Source of the DNA: Candidatus Moanibacter sp.
GTDB taxonomy: Bacteria; Verrucomicrobiota; Verrucomicrobiia; Opitutales; UBA2987
Length of the DNA stretch: 64,000 bases
Reading direction: 5' to 3'
Assembly: GCA_965215885.1 (NCBI GenBank)
Contig: CBDCEW010000105.1
Location: 256,001-320,000 of the forward strand
Shown here: positions 19,638 through 29,784 of the stretch, piece by piece
Numbering within the stretch: position 1 is the first letter of the stretch
Layout: the number at the start of each line of letters is the position of its first letter
Program-made: the position numbers and the translations under genes
The notes under the pieces: model-generated
Seen by the model: the letters and a program-made list of their open reading frames with translations, nothing else
Told to the model about the DNA's origin: nothing
The model's database searches: none

Positions 19638-21671
19638 ATGCGTTACATGCTCGGCATTGATGTGGGCGGAACTTTCACCGACTTCGTCGCCTACGACAGC
19701 GAAACGAAGGCGATCGATGTGTGGAAGCGCTTGTCGGTCCCGCAAGATCCGGTCGCCGGAATCGAAGCGGGCCTCGAGCAGTTCGCCAACCCGCAAGCCA
19801 TCCGCAACGTCCGCCTTGGCACCACCGTCGCCACCAACGCCATTCTTGAGCGCAAGGGGGCGGTCGTCGCCTACGTGACGACCAGAGGCTTCCGGGACAT
19901 TCCGTTCATCCAGCGCGGCAACCGCAAGTTCCACTACGACATGAGCTGGATCAAGCCCAAGCCGCTTATGAAAAGACGCCATTGCTACGAGGTATCGGAG
20001 CGCGTCGATCGCTATGGCCAGATCGTCACCGCCCTCGATGAGCAGGAGGCGCGCGGAATCGCCAGACAGATTCACGAACTCGGTGAAATCGAGGCAGTGG
20101 CGATCATACTCTTGTTCTCCTATCTCAATCCGGCACACGAGTTGCGATTAAAGGAGATCTTCGCGGAGGAGGCCCCGGACTTGCCGGTGTCACTATCCTA
20201 CGAAGTGCTGCCCAAATGGAAAGAGTATGAGCGTGCCTGCACGACCATCGCCGACGCCTACCTGAAACCGGTGGTCGGTCGCCAGCTCGAATCGATGCGC
20301 ACGCGATTGGGCACGAAAGGTCTGGGCGACAATCTCGTCATGATCAAGTCGAACGGCGGCGAGATGACGCTCGCCGCCGCCGCCGCCGCCCCTGTCAACC
20401 TGATGGTGTCGGGGCCCACCGGTGGCGTCGTTGCCGGCAAGCGCCTGGCCAATCTCCTCGAGGTCCAGTCGATGGTCACTATCGACATGGGCGGGACCTC
20501 GACTGACGTGTCGACGATCACCGGTGGCCGGGAAAGCTTCACGACCGCGTTCGAGATCGAGTGGGGCGTGCCCATTCAGATACCAATGATCGACATCCGC
20601 ACGATCGGCGCCGGCGGAGGATCAATCGCGTGGATCGACAAGGGCGGCATGCTCCGGGTGGGGCCGCGGAGCGCCGGGGCCGATCCGGGACCCGCGTGCT
20701 ACCGCACGGGCGGGACGGAGCCGACGGTAACCGACGCCAATTTAGTGCTCGGTCGGATCAATCCCGATAACTTCCTCGGCGGCACAATGGCGCTAGACCC
20801 CTATGAAGCACACCATGCGGTCGAGGCGGTCGGCCGGAGCCTGGGCCAGTCCGTCGACGAGACCGCTATGGCGGTCGTACGCATCGCCAACAACAACATG
20901 GTGGGTGCACTGCGCAGCGTGCTCATCGAGCGGGGCCTCGATCCGCGCGATTTCACTCTGCTCGCCTTTGGGGGAGCGGGACCCTTGCACGCCGGCGAGT
21001 TGATCGTAGAAATGGGTATCCCCACCGCCATCATCCCGAATCACCCTGGGCAGTTCTCCGCCTACGGCTTCATCCAGGCGGACGCCCGGGTCGATCGCCA
21101 GCGGACCACCCAATTGACTTCCCAGCGTTTCGACCCCGCGATTGCCAACCAGGTCTTGCGCGAGCTCGTTGCCGGATGCGTGGCCGATCTTGAGCAGCAA
21201 GGCTACGTCGACAACATTCAGGTGACCCGCGCTCTGGAAATGCGATATCTGGGGCAAAACTATGAGCTCGAGCTGCCCATCGATTTCGAAACGTTCACGG
21301 CGGAGATCACCCCCACCGTTTGGCAGGCATTTCACGACTCGCACAAGGCGCGCTTCGGCTTCAGCATCCCTGGCCAGAACATTGAAATCGTCAACTATCT
21401 CGCCACCGCGGTGTCGATTACTCCCAAACCCGAATTTCGGACGATCGATCCCGCCAATGGCGCTGCTCCGCGGGAACGGGAGCGCCGCTCGGTAGGTTAC
21501 ATCGACGGCCGCTTCGACGTGCCGATCTTTCGGCGCGAGGACTTGAAGGCCGGCCACCGGATCGACGGACCCGCCGTGATCGAAGAACCCGCTTCTGTGA
21601 CCGTCATCGGCCCGGGCCAGGACGTCCGCGTCGGTGTGTTCGGCCAACTCCACATCGCCACCACTACCTGA
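19638..21671 (+). CDS. Hydantoinase/5-oxoprolinase subunit A
   Basis: GIDVGGTFTD, GTTVATNA, DMGGTSTD, IGAGGGSI, AFGGAGPLH. Confidence 0.95.
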   Translation: MRYMLGIDVGGTFTDFVAYDSETKAIDVWKRLSVPQDPVAGIEAGLEQFANPQAIRNVRLGTTVATNAILERKGAVVAYVTTRGFRDIPFIQRGNRKFHYDMSWIKPKPLMKRRHCYEVSERVDRYGQIVTALDEQEARGIARQIHELGEIEAVAIILLFSYLNPAHELRLKEIFAEEAPDLPVSLSYEVLPKWKEYERACTTIADAYLKPVVGRQLESMRTRLGTKGLGDNLVMIKSNGGEMTLAAAAAAPVNLMVSGPTGGVVAGKRLANLLEVQSMVTIDMGGTSTDVSTITGGRESFTTAFEIEWGVPIQIPMIDIRTIGAGGGSIAWIDKGGMLRVGPRSAGADPGPACYRTGGTEPTVTDANLVLGRINPDNFLGGTMALDPYEAHHAVEAVGRSLGQSVDETAMAVVRIANNNMVGALRSVLIERGLDPRDFTLLAFGGAGPLHAGELIVEMGIPTAIIPNHPGQFSAYGFIQADARVDRQRTTQLTSQRFDPAIANQVLRELVAGCVADLEQQGYVDNIQVTRALEMRYLGQNYELELPIDFETFTAEITPTVWQAFHDSHKARFGFSIPGQNIEIVNYLATAVSITPKPEFRTIDPANGAAPRERERRSVGYIDGRFDVPIFRREDLKAGHRIDGPAVIEEPASVTVIGPGQDVRVGVFGQLHIATTT

Positions 21672-21723
21672 TTGCGGACCGATACCCAATGTTTCAAAAA
21701 TTCGAGAAGTGATGAAGTGAACC

Positions 21724-23646
21724 ATGCGTTTTTCTGAGAACGGCTACTACATCGAGCGCTACGTCAAGTGCGCCAATTGCGGTCTGTTGATTTACGACGA
21801 AGGCATCAGCGCGCAGCGCAATGGCCCATCCCAGGTGTTCTGCTCGGACTGGTGCGTCCAGTGGTCCCAACGACGCCAGTCCGAGGAGGGTTACTTCCAG
21901 CTCAAGATCGAGCAGCCCGCCGTCGCTGACATCGACAAGAAGTCGGCGTCAGCCATGGACATGGTGACGATGAACATCATCGACTCCTCCATGGTATCGC
22001 TCTGCCGCGAGATGGGCATCCTGTTGATGAAGACGTCTTACTCGACGATTTTCAACGAGGGCCTCGACTTCACCTGTGCGCTCGCCGACATCAAAGGCGA
22101 CATGATCGCGTGCGCGGAGTTTTGCCCAACCATGATCGGCGGCATGCCGCTTCTGATCAAAACCTGCGCTCAGGAGATCCCATTCGACACGATCGACGAA
22201 GGTGACGTTATCGTCCACAACGATCCTTATCGCGGCGGCCTGCATGTGCCGGAACACACCTTTTTCAAGCCCTTCTTCGTCGATGGTGAACTCCAGGGAT
22301 TCGCGGTCTGCATCGGCCACATCGCGGAGATCGGCGGCAGCGTGCCCGGGGCGTTCTGCGGCGAAGCAACTGAGATCTTCCACGAGGGCCTGCGCATCCC
22401 CCCCGTCAAAATCAAGAAGAAAGATGTCGACGTCGACGAGGTGTGGAAGCTGATGCTGGCCAATGTCCGCACCCCCCGCCAGAACTACGGAGATCTGCGT
22501 GCGATGATTGGCGCCGTCGATCTCGGGGTTGAGCGCGCCATCGATCTCATCAGGAAGTACGGCAGGGACGTGTTCAAGCAAGCCTGCGAGGATCTCAAGG
22601 ACTATTCCGAGCGGCGCATGCGCGCCGAGCTCGCCGGCTTCCCCGACGGCAAGTACGACTTCGAAGACGTCATCGAGAACGACGGCATCGAGGACACGCC
22701 ATACTACGTTCGCACCGAGATCTTCGTGCAGGGCGACGAGGTGGTGGCGGACTTCCGCCGCAGCTCCAGGCAGGCCAAGGGGCCGATCAACGCCACCCTG
22801 GGCGTGACCATCGGCGCCACCTACAACGGACTGCTCCACCTGACCGATCCCTCTATTCCCAAGAACTCCGGCTGTTTCCGGCCGATCCGGGTTGTGTCGC
22901 CGCCGGCCCTCGTGACCAACGTCGACTATCCCGGCCCCCTCGTGGCAGGCAACACCGAGACTCACCCGCGTCTCGCCAATATCGTGATCGGTGCCCTCTC
23001 CTCCTGTATTCCCGAGCGCGCCATGGCGTCGGAGAGCTGCACGGGCACGAACTTCGTCTTCGGCGGCAACCACCCGGACGACGACGAGTATTTCGCCTGC
23101 TACGACATCATGTCCGGTGGTTGGGGAGGCCGCTTCGGCCACGACGGCAACGACTGTGTCATCGCGATCAACGGCAATTGCCGTTTCAACCCGACCGAAG
23201 TGTTCGAAACCCGGTTTCCCCTGCGGGTCGAGAACTGCGAGATGGTGCAGGATTCGGGCGGGCCAGGAAAATTTCGCGGCGGACTTGGGTATCGCCGCAC
23301 CTTGCTCGCGGTTGTCGAAATCACCGGCAGTCAGTGCAGCGACCACCATCAAGTGAAACCGTTCGCCCTCTTTGGCGGCATTCCCGGTGGCACTGGAGGG
23401 ACCCTAATTCAGAAAGCCGGTTCGAACGAGTGGAAAACGGTTAAGGAGCTCTACGGCAAAGTCTCGACCAGCAAGTTCGCCGGTGTCCGCTTCGAGCCGG
23501 GAGATCGCATCCTGCTCACCGCGCCCGGAGGCGGTGGCTACGGCGATCCGAAAGATCGCGCTCCGGAATTGATCGAAGAGGATCTGCGTGAGGGGTACAT
23601 CTCGAAGGAGAGCGCCCGGCGCAACTATGACTATGATCCACCATAA
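21724..23646 (+). CDS. Hydantoinase B/5-oxoprolinase subunit B with N-terminal Cys-rich extension
   Basis: NDPYRGGLHVP, GHIAEIGG, DSGGPGKFRGGLG, PGGGGYGDP; N-terminal CANC...FCSDWC. Confidence 0.95.
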   Translation: MRFSENGYYIERYVKCANCGLLIYDEGISAQRNGPSQVFCSDWCVQWSQRRQSEEGYFQLKIEQPAVADIDKKSASAMDMVTMNIIDSSMVSLCREMGILLMKTSYSTIFNEGLDFTCALADIKGDMIACAEFCPTMIGGMPLLIKTCAQEIPFDTIDEGDVIVHNDPYRGGLHVPEHTFFKPFFVDGELQGFAVCIGHIAEIGGSVPGAFCGEATEIFHEGLRIPPVKIKKKDVDVDEVWKLMLANVRTPRQNYGDLRAMIGAVDLGVERAIDLIRKYGRDVFKQACEDLKDYSERRMRAELAGFPDGKYDFEDVIENDGIEDTPYYVRTEIFVQGDEVVADFRRSSRQAKGPINATLGVTIGATYNGLLHLTDPSIPKNSGCFRPIRVVSPPALVTNVDYPGPLVAGNTETHPRLANIVIGALSSCIPERAMASESCTGTNFVFGGNHPDDDEYFACYDIMSGGWGGRFGHDGNDCVIAINGNCRFNPTEVFETRFPLRVENCEMVQDSGGPGKFRGGLGYRRTLLAVVEITGSQCSDHHQVKPFALFGGIPGGTGGTLIQKAGSNEWKTVKELYGKVSTSKFAGVRFEPGDRILLTAPGGGGYGDPKDRAPELIEEDLREGYISKESARRNYDYDPP

Positions 23647-23682
23647 AGGATTGATCAGATTTCTCACCTCCCATCGTGCCTC

Positions 23683-23873
23683 CTAGCCCGGACATTTCAC
23701 ACACTTCGTAGCGAGAGTGCGTAGATTGCTGCGTATCAAAGCTTTTCCGCAGCACGCCGGGCGATCCCGGCGTGCCGGGATTGGAACCCTCTGAGGTCGG
23801 CGGGCAAGGGAACGCTTTGATACGCAGTGAGATCCGCGGTCGTAGTAGAGGGTTTGTGACATGTTCGGGCTAG
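23683..23873. mobile_element. MITE (191 bp) bounded by CTAG and ~20-bp TIRs
   Basis: CTAGCCCGGACATTTCACA...TGTGACATGTTCGGGCTAG; inverted homolog at 57176-57357, partial at 26468-26537. Confidence 0.85.
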
Positions 23874-23887
23874 CCCATTCGGCGGTC

Positions 23888-24325
23888 TCATTCCTCGTCG
23901 TATTCACCGTACTGCTTAGGGTTTGGCCCGATTCGCTCGACAACACGAGGGTACTTCGCTCCGGCTTCCGGTTTCACGGACTTCCTCCGGCTCTTTCTGA
24001 TCTCAAAATACCAGTCATCTCCAAAATCAAAGTGATAATACAGCTTGCAGCTCTTGGGGAGGGGATAGGCTTGTTTCAGCGTGATCTCTTCCAATGCGTC
24101 CGCCTGGTATTCCCAATCAACGAAATTAGCAAACATCAACTTGCGATGGCGCTGGTTCCGCCCAGCGAAGAACTCAAATAAATGGTCGTAATCGAAAGCG
24201 ACACTGTCCTGAATCGCAGCATGCAGGCCCAGAAGAGATGCCCTTTCGTCAATCTCTATCACGCGAACGCAGTCCTCCTCAAGGTGCATCCCCCAAACAC
24301 ATTCGACTCGTAAAGTAATGATCAT
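23888..24325 (-). CDS. pRiA4b ORF-3 / IS1096 passenger TnpR-like protein
   Basis: RVIEI...LLGLHAAIQDSVAFDYDHLFEF...YHFDFGDDW...PNPKQY. Confidence 0.85.
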   Translation of the reverse strand: MIITLRVECVWGMHLEEDCVRVIEIDERASLLGLHAAIQDSVAFDYDHLFEFFAGRNQRHRKLMFANFVDWEYQADALEEITLKQAYPLPKSCKLYYHFDFGDDWYFEIRKSRRKSVKPEAGAKYPRVVERIGPNPKQYGEYDEE

Positions 24326-24414
24326 CTGCTCGGTCTCTTTGTCGTGTTGGCGCCCCAATGCAGCGCTCACCAATTTACGGCTGGACCATAGCAAGCCCTT
24401 TACCTCCATAGCAA

Positions 24415-26331
24415 GACCCCATTCGAAAAGCCTTTCGAGCGGGCGGTTTAAGGTTCTCCGCCACGGGCGGACCAGCCTATGGCTGGCAGGTTTCGGGTTT
24501 TAGGCTGCCGGCGCTGCCGATGAGCAGGTATTGAGCGGCCATCGGCGTGGCTTGCTGCACAATACGTATATTTGCCGCTGTCTGGAGGCATACTCATCCC
24601 GTGGTGCTTTTTTCTCTGAGCTTCAAAGCGGTCAGATTCAGGCTGCCTGTTCCAGTTCCTCCCCTCGGCGTTTCTTCATCAGTATGATGCGGCAGAAGTT
24701 GTAGGCCAGAACCTTCTCGAGCAGTTCATCGCCTACCGCATCGATGCCGCGGCGGCCGAGTTCGCCAAAGGCAAATCCATCTTTAATCGTGAACATCAGC
24801 GACTCCACTGCGGAGCGATCGCGGCGTGCCTCGCGATACGCCTCGCTCTCCCAGTCCTCGGGGGTGGTCAACTTCTTGCCCTTCGCCCCACTGATACTGA
24901 TCTGCTTTACCCCCATGCTCAGCACCTCCTTGCGTCCCTTCGCCGAAGCATATCCGTCATCGGTGCTGACCAGTTCAGCAATGACACCGGTGCGCTTGAT
25001 CGAATCGCCGATGGCCGGCGCCAGCTCAATGGAGTCTGCCGCGTTGCCTTGCGGTACGATCAGGCTGGTGACAAAACCGTTTTCGCTGCGAACCAGTTGT
25101 GGCTTGTACCCGATCACTGGATTGCGGCTGCCCTTCTTGATGTAGGCCGCCGATCCGTCCGAGAGGCTCAGGACCTTCTGTGTGGACGGTAGCTTCTTTT
25201 CGTGAAACACCCGATCATGAGCATACTCAACAACCCGCTTGGCGTCGGCAATATCGCCCCTGATCTGGCTCAATGCCCGCTCCAGAAGCTCCCGGCGAGT
25301 GGGAGGCAGTGAATCCATCGACAGGCCCTCTTCAAGATGGCTCAGTTCCCCCGTTAGTGAGTCGGCCGCCTTGCGGCCCCGCTTGAGCAACCGCCGGTAG
25401 TGTTTCTTCAGCTTGCCCTTCGACTTCGGTTTGCCCGCGGCCAGACAAATCTGAAACTCCAGCTTGTCCATTTCCTCCAGCCAACGCCCAACCCATCCCT
25501 TGCGAAAATCCTCCAGCCCGAAGACATGCAACTTCTGACCCAAACGATTGGCCCGCATCAAAAGACCGCTCAGAATCTTCCCATCGGTGGGCCAGCAGCT
25601 GTTTGCTTTCACCGAGGTGCTGTCGATCGTCAGCTTCCCGAAATCGTCCCATTGCTCCTGGAGGATAAACCCAATCTGTTTATCAAAGATCAACTCGCGG
25701 GTCGTATGGCTGACCAGGTTCACGTTCTCCAGAATCGTCGTCACCGCCGGCATTCTCAGTCCCCCGCTCTGCAAAAATCCGTACAAGCTCATCGACTCGC
25801 GCACAAACCGCCGTGCCGGTTTCGTGGTCAACGAACCCAGAAACCCTCGAAGCATCACGAACACGTATACCGCATAAGCCGGCATCCGCGGCCGGCCTGC
25901 CCCAAGATTCAATTCAGCAGCCAGAATATTCTCCTCCTCGATGTCCAGCTCCGGCAGCTCCGCTGTGCGCCCTTCAAAGAACCTGCGATCTTCCAATCGA
26001 AGTTTCTTCTTCTCACGCGCATGGGCGTCCAGATCCTTCTCGATCGCCTCGATGATTTGCGCCGCGAACCCGGCCAATTCTTCAACTTCATCCAGAAAAT
26101 CACGGAAATCCGTGTCTGGAACCGGCAGAATGAGGTTGCTAAGGGGCGTCTTATCGCTTTTGTTCTCCTCTGTCGCACATGTTGGCATGTTTAACTCCTT
26201 TCTTAATCTTAGGTTGTTAAACACTAGCATGTTGCGACACTTTTTATCAAGCCAAAAAATGATTTTTCTCAAGTTTTTCTTGCGCCTTTTGCGCCTCTTT
26301 GCGGCCAATCAGTAGCTTTTCGGATAAGGTC
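24415..26331 (-). mobile_element. IS-A copy 3, intact (1917 bp), TSD TAGCAA
   Basis: TIRs; TAGCAA at 24409-24414 and 26332-26337. Confidence 0.97.
24638..26188 (-). CDS. DDE transposase, IS5-like (516 aa)
   Basis: Same motifs as copy 2; ATG after AAGGAG. Confidence 0.9.
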   Translation of the reverse strand: MPTCATEENKSDKTPLSNLILPVPDTDFRDFLDEVEELAGFAAQIIEAIEKDLDAHAREKKKLRLEDRRFFEGRTAELPELDIEEENILAAELNLGAGRPRMPAYAVYVFVMLRGFLGSLTTKPARRFVRESMSLYGFLQSGGLRMPAVTTILENVNLVSHTTRELIFDKQIGFILQEQWDDFGKLTIDSTSVKANSCWPTDGKILSGLLMRANRLGQKLHVFGLEDFRKGWVGRWLEEMDKLEFQICLAAGKPKSKGKLKKHYRRLLKRGRKAADSLTGELSHLEEGLSMDSLPPTRRELLERALSQIRGDIADAKRVVEYAHDRVFHEKKLPSTQKVLSLSDGSAAYIKKGSRNPVIGYKPQLVRSENGFVTSLIVPQGNAADSIELAPAIGDSIKRTGVIAELVSTDDGYASAKGRKEVLSMGVKQISISGAKGKKLTTPEDWESEAYREARRDRSAVESLMFTIKDGFAFGELGRRGIDAVGDELLEKVLAYNFCRIILMKKRRGEELEQAA

Positions 26332-26786
26332 TAGCAAGCGCAGCTTGCCACGGAGGTTGCTTCCGGAGGGGAATACGGAATGGTGATGCAGCGGCCTGCT
26401 TCCGCGGGGCGCGAGAGCGCAACGCGGGACGGTTCTCTTTCTCTTTTTTGGTTGCGGATACGCTGCGCTAGCCCGGACATTTCACACACTTCGCAGCGAG
26501 ACAGCGTAGATCGCTGCGTATCAGAGCCTTTCCGCAGGTCGGCGGCGCTCCTACGTGAAGCAAGGCGGGACATTGAAAATCGCGGTGCGCCGTGACTATG
26601 GCCGCATCGACGCGCTCAGGGCCTTCGGTGGGTTTAGATTGCGGACTTCGATTGGATGTGACCTATAATCCATTCATCAGCAAACGAATCCCATAAATCG
26701 CAAGTATCATCGAAGGCCGAGAATGATGTGGGCATCGTGGAAAGCTGACGGTACAAACCCCATCGTTTCAAAAAAATCGAGGAGGG

Positions 26787-26996
26787 ATGAAGAGCCGTTA
26801 CCAGAAAGCCGGCATGAAAACGGTGCTGCCAGCCGAGGCCTCGGCAAAGGTTGATTTTCGACTGGTGCCCGATCAGGAACCGGAGGATATCCTCTCGAAA
26901 CTCCGCACCCATCTCGACGCCTTCAGTAAGGTTGCTTCTCGATTGACTCCGCACCCATCTCGACGCGGAGGGATTCAACGATGTGGAAATCACAGC
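26787..26996 (+). pseudogene. Fragment of an M20-family peptidase
   Basis: GMKTVLPAEASAKVDFRLVPDQEPEDIL..LRTHLD(A)EGFNDVEI, interrupted by a short duplication/insertion. Confidence 0.7.
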
Positions 26997-27169
26997 ATTG
27001 GCCGCAGCCTCGGAGTGGTGGAAATCGATGTGCTCGACGGACAACAACGTCTTGTTGCCGTTGGCCGCGGCTGCTACGGGACTGCCCAGGGATGAGTCTT
27101 CATATTCAGCTTTGTCGTCAACTCTGTCGAGGTGTATTTGAAGGACGATCAACAACCGAAAGTCCCCAC

Positions 27170-27207
27170 TTCGACGTTCGATGTTGGGCGTTCGATGTTC
27201 GATGTTC
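27170..27207 (+). repeat. Heptamer tandem repeat (TTCGATG-like, ~5 units)
   Basis: TTCGACG TTCGATG TTGGGCG TTCGATG TTCGATG TTC. Confidence 0.75.
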
Positions 27208-27323
27208 TGTGGACACCCCGGCAAGTCGGGGCTCGGAACCCAGCGAAGCAAACCTCGTCGCGAACCTTGTCGTTCATTGAAGCAGGACGAAAGGCATCTT
27301 AGCTTCTCTAGAATATAAGCGAG

Positions 27324-28784
27324 TTACGCCAGCCACGTAGCCACCTTGCTCCAGACGGTATATACGGCGAACGAGATATAGGTCACTGCCCCGATGCTTA
27401 CCATCACGATGTTGAGCGGTTTTGGACGGGCCACGGGTGGAAGATGCTTGAGGTTCATGTAGAGCAACATCGGCACATAGCCGGCCATCGCGAAACCGCC
27501 CAGCACCGCGAATATGAAGAAGAAGTCGAGTACCGTGATTTCGTGTGTTTCGAAGTACCATGTGGATGTCACAGCGAGCGTAGAAATAATGAGCGCTATT
27601 ACGAGATAGAGCCGGTTGGCCGCGAACCGGTGAGAAAATCGAATATTGGTGTGCAATAAATCCACCCAAAGCCGAATCGCCCCATCAGTGCCCGCGAGAA
27701 CGCTGCTGAAGAATGCCGCGATGCCGACAATAAGAAAGAGGTAGCGACCCCAGCCGCCCATTACGCCCTCGAGGATCAATGCAAGATCCCAGATGATCCG
27801 GCTCTCCTCCGGAACGATCCCCGCGGGAAACAGCACCACCAACGCGCCGAACATGAATAGAAACATCGTGAACGTGTTGCCGATCCAGAAGAATACGCAG
27901 CTGTCAACTATGACGAATTGAAACCAGTCTCGAAACGATTTTCCGTTTTCCTCATTATTCGCGAATCGATAGCCGACTTCGCTTTCACCGCGCTGCGCCT
28001 CGCGCAGAGGATTCACCAGTGCGGGAATCCTCTTGCCCATCCCCACGCCTTTGTCACGCAAGTAGTAGGCATAGTAGAGATTTCCGAGCCCGCCAATCCC
28101 GGCAAAGACAAACGCACCGAAGAAACGGTTGAAGGTGAACTGCTCGTCGAGTCGGATGTGTCCGAAGTTCAGGATTCCGCCCAGCATGTTGGTGAGATCG
28201 GCCAATGTTCCGATGCTGAAGGAAACGATCAACATGCCGACCACGATCACAACGACCATAAACCCGACGACCTTTTCGACCGCTTTGTAGATCTCCTTAG
28301 GCCCAAACAGGATAAGCAGTGTGATGACATAAACGAGAGCGGTCCAGATCCAATCAGCCCCCGGACCGTCGACGCCGAATATGAGGATGCGCAACGAAGT
28401 TCCGACCGCTCTGCCCATTCCCGGGAGAAAGGCGCCGACGAACAGCAAGCTCATAAAGAAGAACACCCAGAACCTGGAGATTCGTGCAAACCCCGTGAAA
28501 GCACTCTCTCCGGTGGCAACTGCCCAACGGCCGACTTCGATGTTGATCCAAAGCTGCAAAAAAACCCCCAGTGCGGCAGCCCACATCATCTCCGTGCCGA
28601 ACTTTGCCGTGATCCACGGCCACAGCACCATCTCGCCGGAGCCGATGGCGAGTCCCATCATCACCGTCCCCGGTCCAGTCAATTTCCAGAAGCTCTCTTC
28701 TCTATCCGGGAGATCGGCTTCACGCAAATCCGGAATTGGAATCATCTTCGGCAAGAAAATGGAGGGCGCCGGACGAGTCCGCAA
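27324..28784 (-). CDS. Nramp-family (APC superfamily) transporter
   Basis: GPGTVMMGLAIGSGEMVLWP, EVGRWAVATGES; many TM helices; start may be 28745. Confidence 0.85.
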   Translation of the reverse strand: MRTRPAPSIFLPKMIPIPDLREADLPDREESFWKLTGPGTVMMGLAIGSGEMVLWPWITAKFGTEMMWAAALGVFLQLWINIEVGRWAVATGESAFTGFARISRFWVFFFMSLLFVGAFLPGMGRAVGTSLRILIFGVDGPGADWIWTALVYVITLLILFGPKEIYKAVEKVVGFMVVVIVVGMLIVSFSIGTLADLTNMLGGILNFGHIRLDEQFTFNRFFGAFVFAGIGGLGNLYYAYYLRDKGVGMGKRIPALVNPLREAQRGESEVGYRFANNEENGKSFRDWFQFVIVDSCVFFWIGNTFTMFLFMFGALVVLFPAGIVPEESRIIWDLALILEGVMGGWGRYLFLIVGIAAFFSSVLAGTDGAIRLWVDLLHTNIRFSHRFAANRLYLVIALIISTLAVTSTWYFETHEITVLDFFFIFAVLGGFAMAGYVPMLLYMNLKHLPPVARPKPLNIVMVSIGAVTYISFAVYTVWSKVATWLA

Positions 28785-29321
28785 TCACGTAAATACCATC
28801 CCTTCCAGTACCACCATCGCTTTATCGCTGAATCCGCCTATTTCGCAAAAAAAAGCGCCCCATTAACCCGAAAATCCTGAGATTTTCGGGTTCGGGTTCG
28901 TTGCCCTTCACTCGCGATCGACCCAATGCCTGAAGAGCGGCTCTACGTTATCCGCCAGTTCCGCGAACACCTGCGCAAGCACCGGCGGAGTTATATTTTC
29001 ATTCAGACCACCCCCGGTCAGACGGGCCCGCTCGTCTGATCCCGACCAAAGAGAATCAAGATTCAGCCACCATGGAGCAAAACGGATAGGCATCGCCACA
29101 CGCGCACAATCGGATTGGATCGGTTCGGACAGTTCGCAATGGACGCAGAATATTGCAGTTTAATCAGTTCATTTCAGCGAATCTGATCTAACCCACCTAT
29201 GTTCGTATTTCGACGAATAGCGAACAGTGCGAATTTGCGAGCGACTGAGAGGAAACGTCAATGCGCATTTGGGCGGGCGGTTGCCTAACGTTTGATGAAG
29301 GAAAATGCGGGCTTGGAAGGA

Positions 29322-29409
29322 ACCCACCCCTGTCCCCTCCCGGGAGGGGAACTTAATAGACGAGCCCCGAAGCGAAAAGATCCCCTCCTGGGAGGGGTTA
29401 GGGGTGGGT
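29322..29409. repeat. CCCCTCC-type REP/MITE doublet
   Basis: ACCCACCCC..TCCCCTCCCGGGAGGGGA ... TCCCCTCCTGGGAGGGG..GGGGTGGGT. Confidence 0.75.
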
Positions 29410-29784
29410 CGCCCTCCCGGGAAGGAGTGCCCGACATGTCACGGCGAAACACGAAGTGCGAAGACGGTAGGGTCGGTCAAGGTCTCACAACCGTTTCATC
29501 CAACTGCCCGCCGGGGTGGCGGTCACCTTGGCCAACGGCACGGATGAACCCGAGCAGCTTGTCATCAAACTCGCTGTTAGTGAAGTTTCGGACGACCGAT
29601 TGGAATCTGGGACGATCCACTTTGAAGACGGATCGGATGCCGCCACGGATCCGGTTGAACGGAGCGGGGTGCGGGAGTTGACGGTGAATCTGGGACGTGG
29701 TGAAGCGGCGATCTGGACTATGCCGTTTGCGAATCGTTGACCTAAGGCGGATCGACCAAGGAAATCTTGGTCTTTATTTAGATA

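Noticed and set aside
20793..23352. Long antisense ORFs (20793-21725, 21949-23352; likewise 27918-28880, 36790-37608 and IS-internal shadows)
   Set aside because: Shadows of GC-rich genes on the opposite strand with no recognisable motifs
26189..26308. Basic N-terminal extension MAAKRRKRRKK of the IS-A transposase
   Set aside because: Comes from a low-complexity subterminal repeat, is not open in copy 2, and a strong RBS precedes ATG 26188
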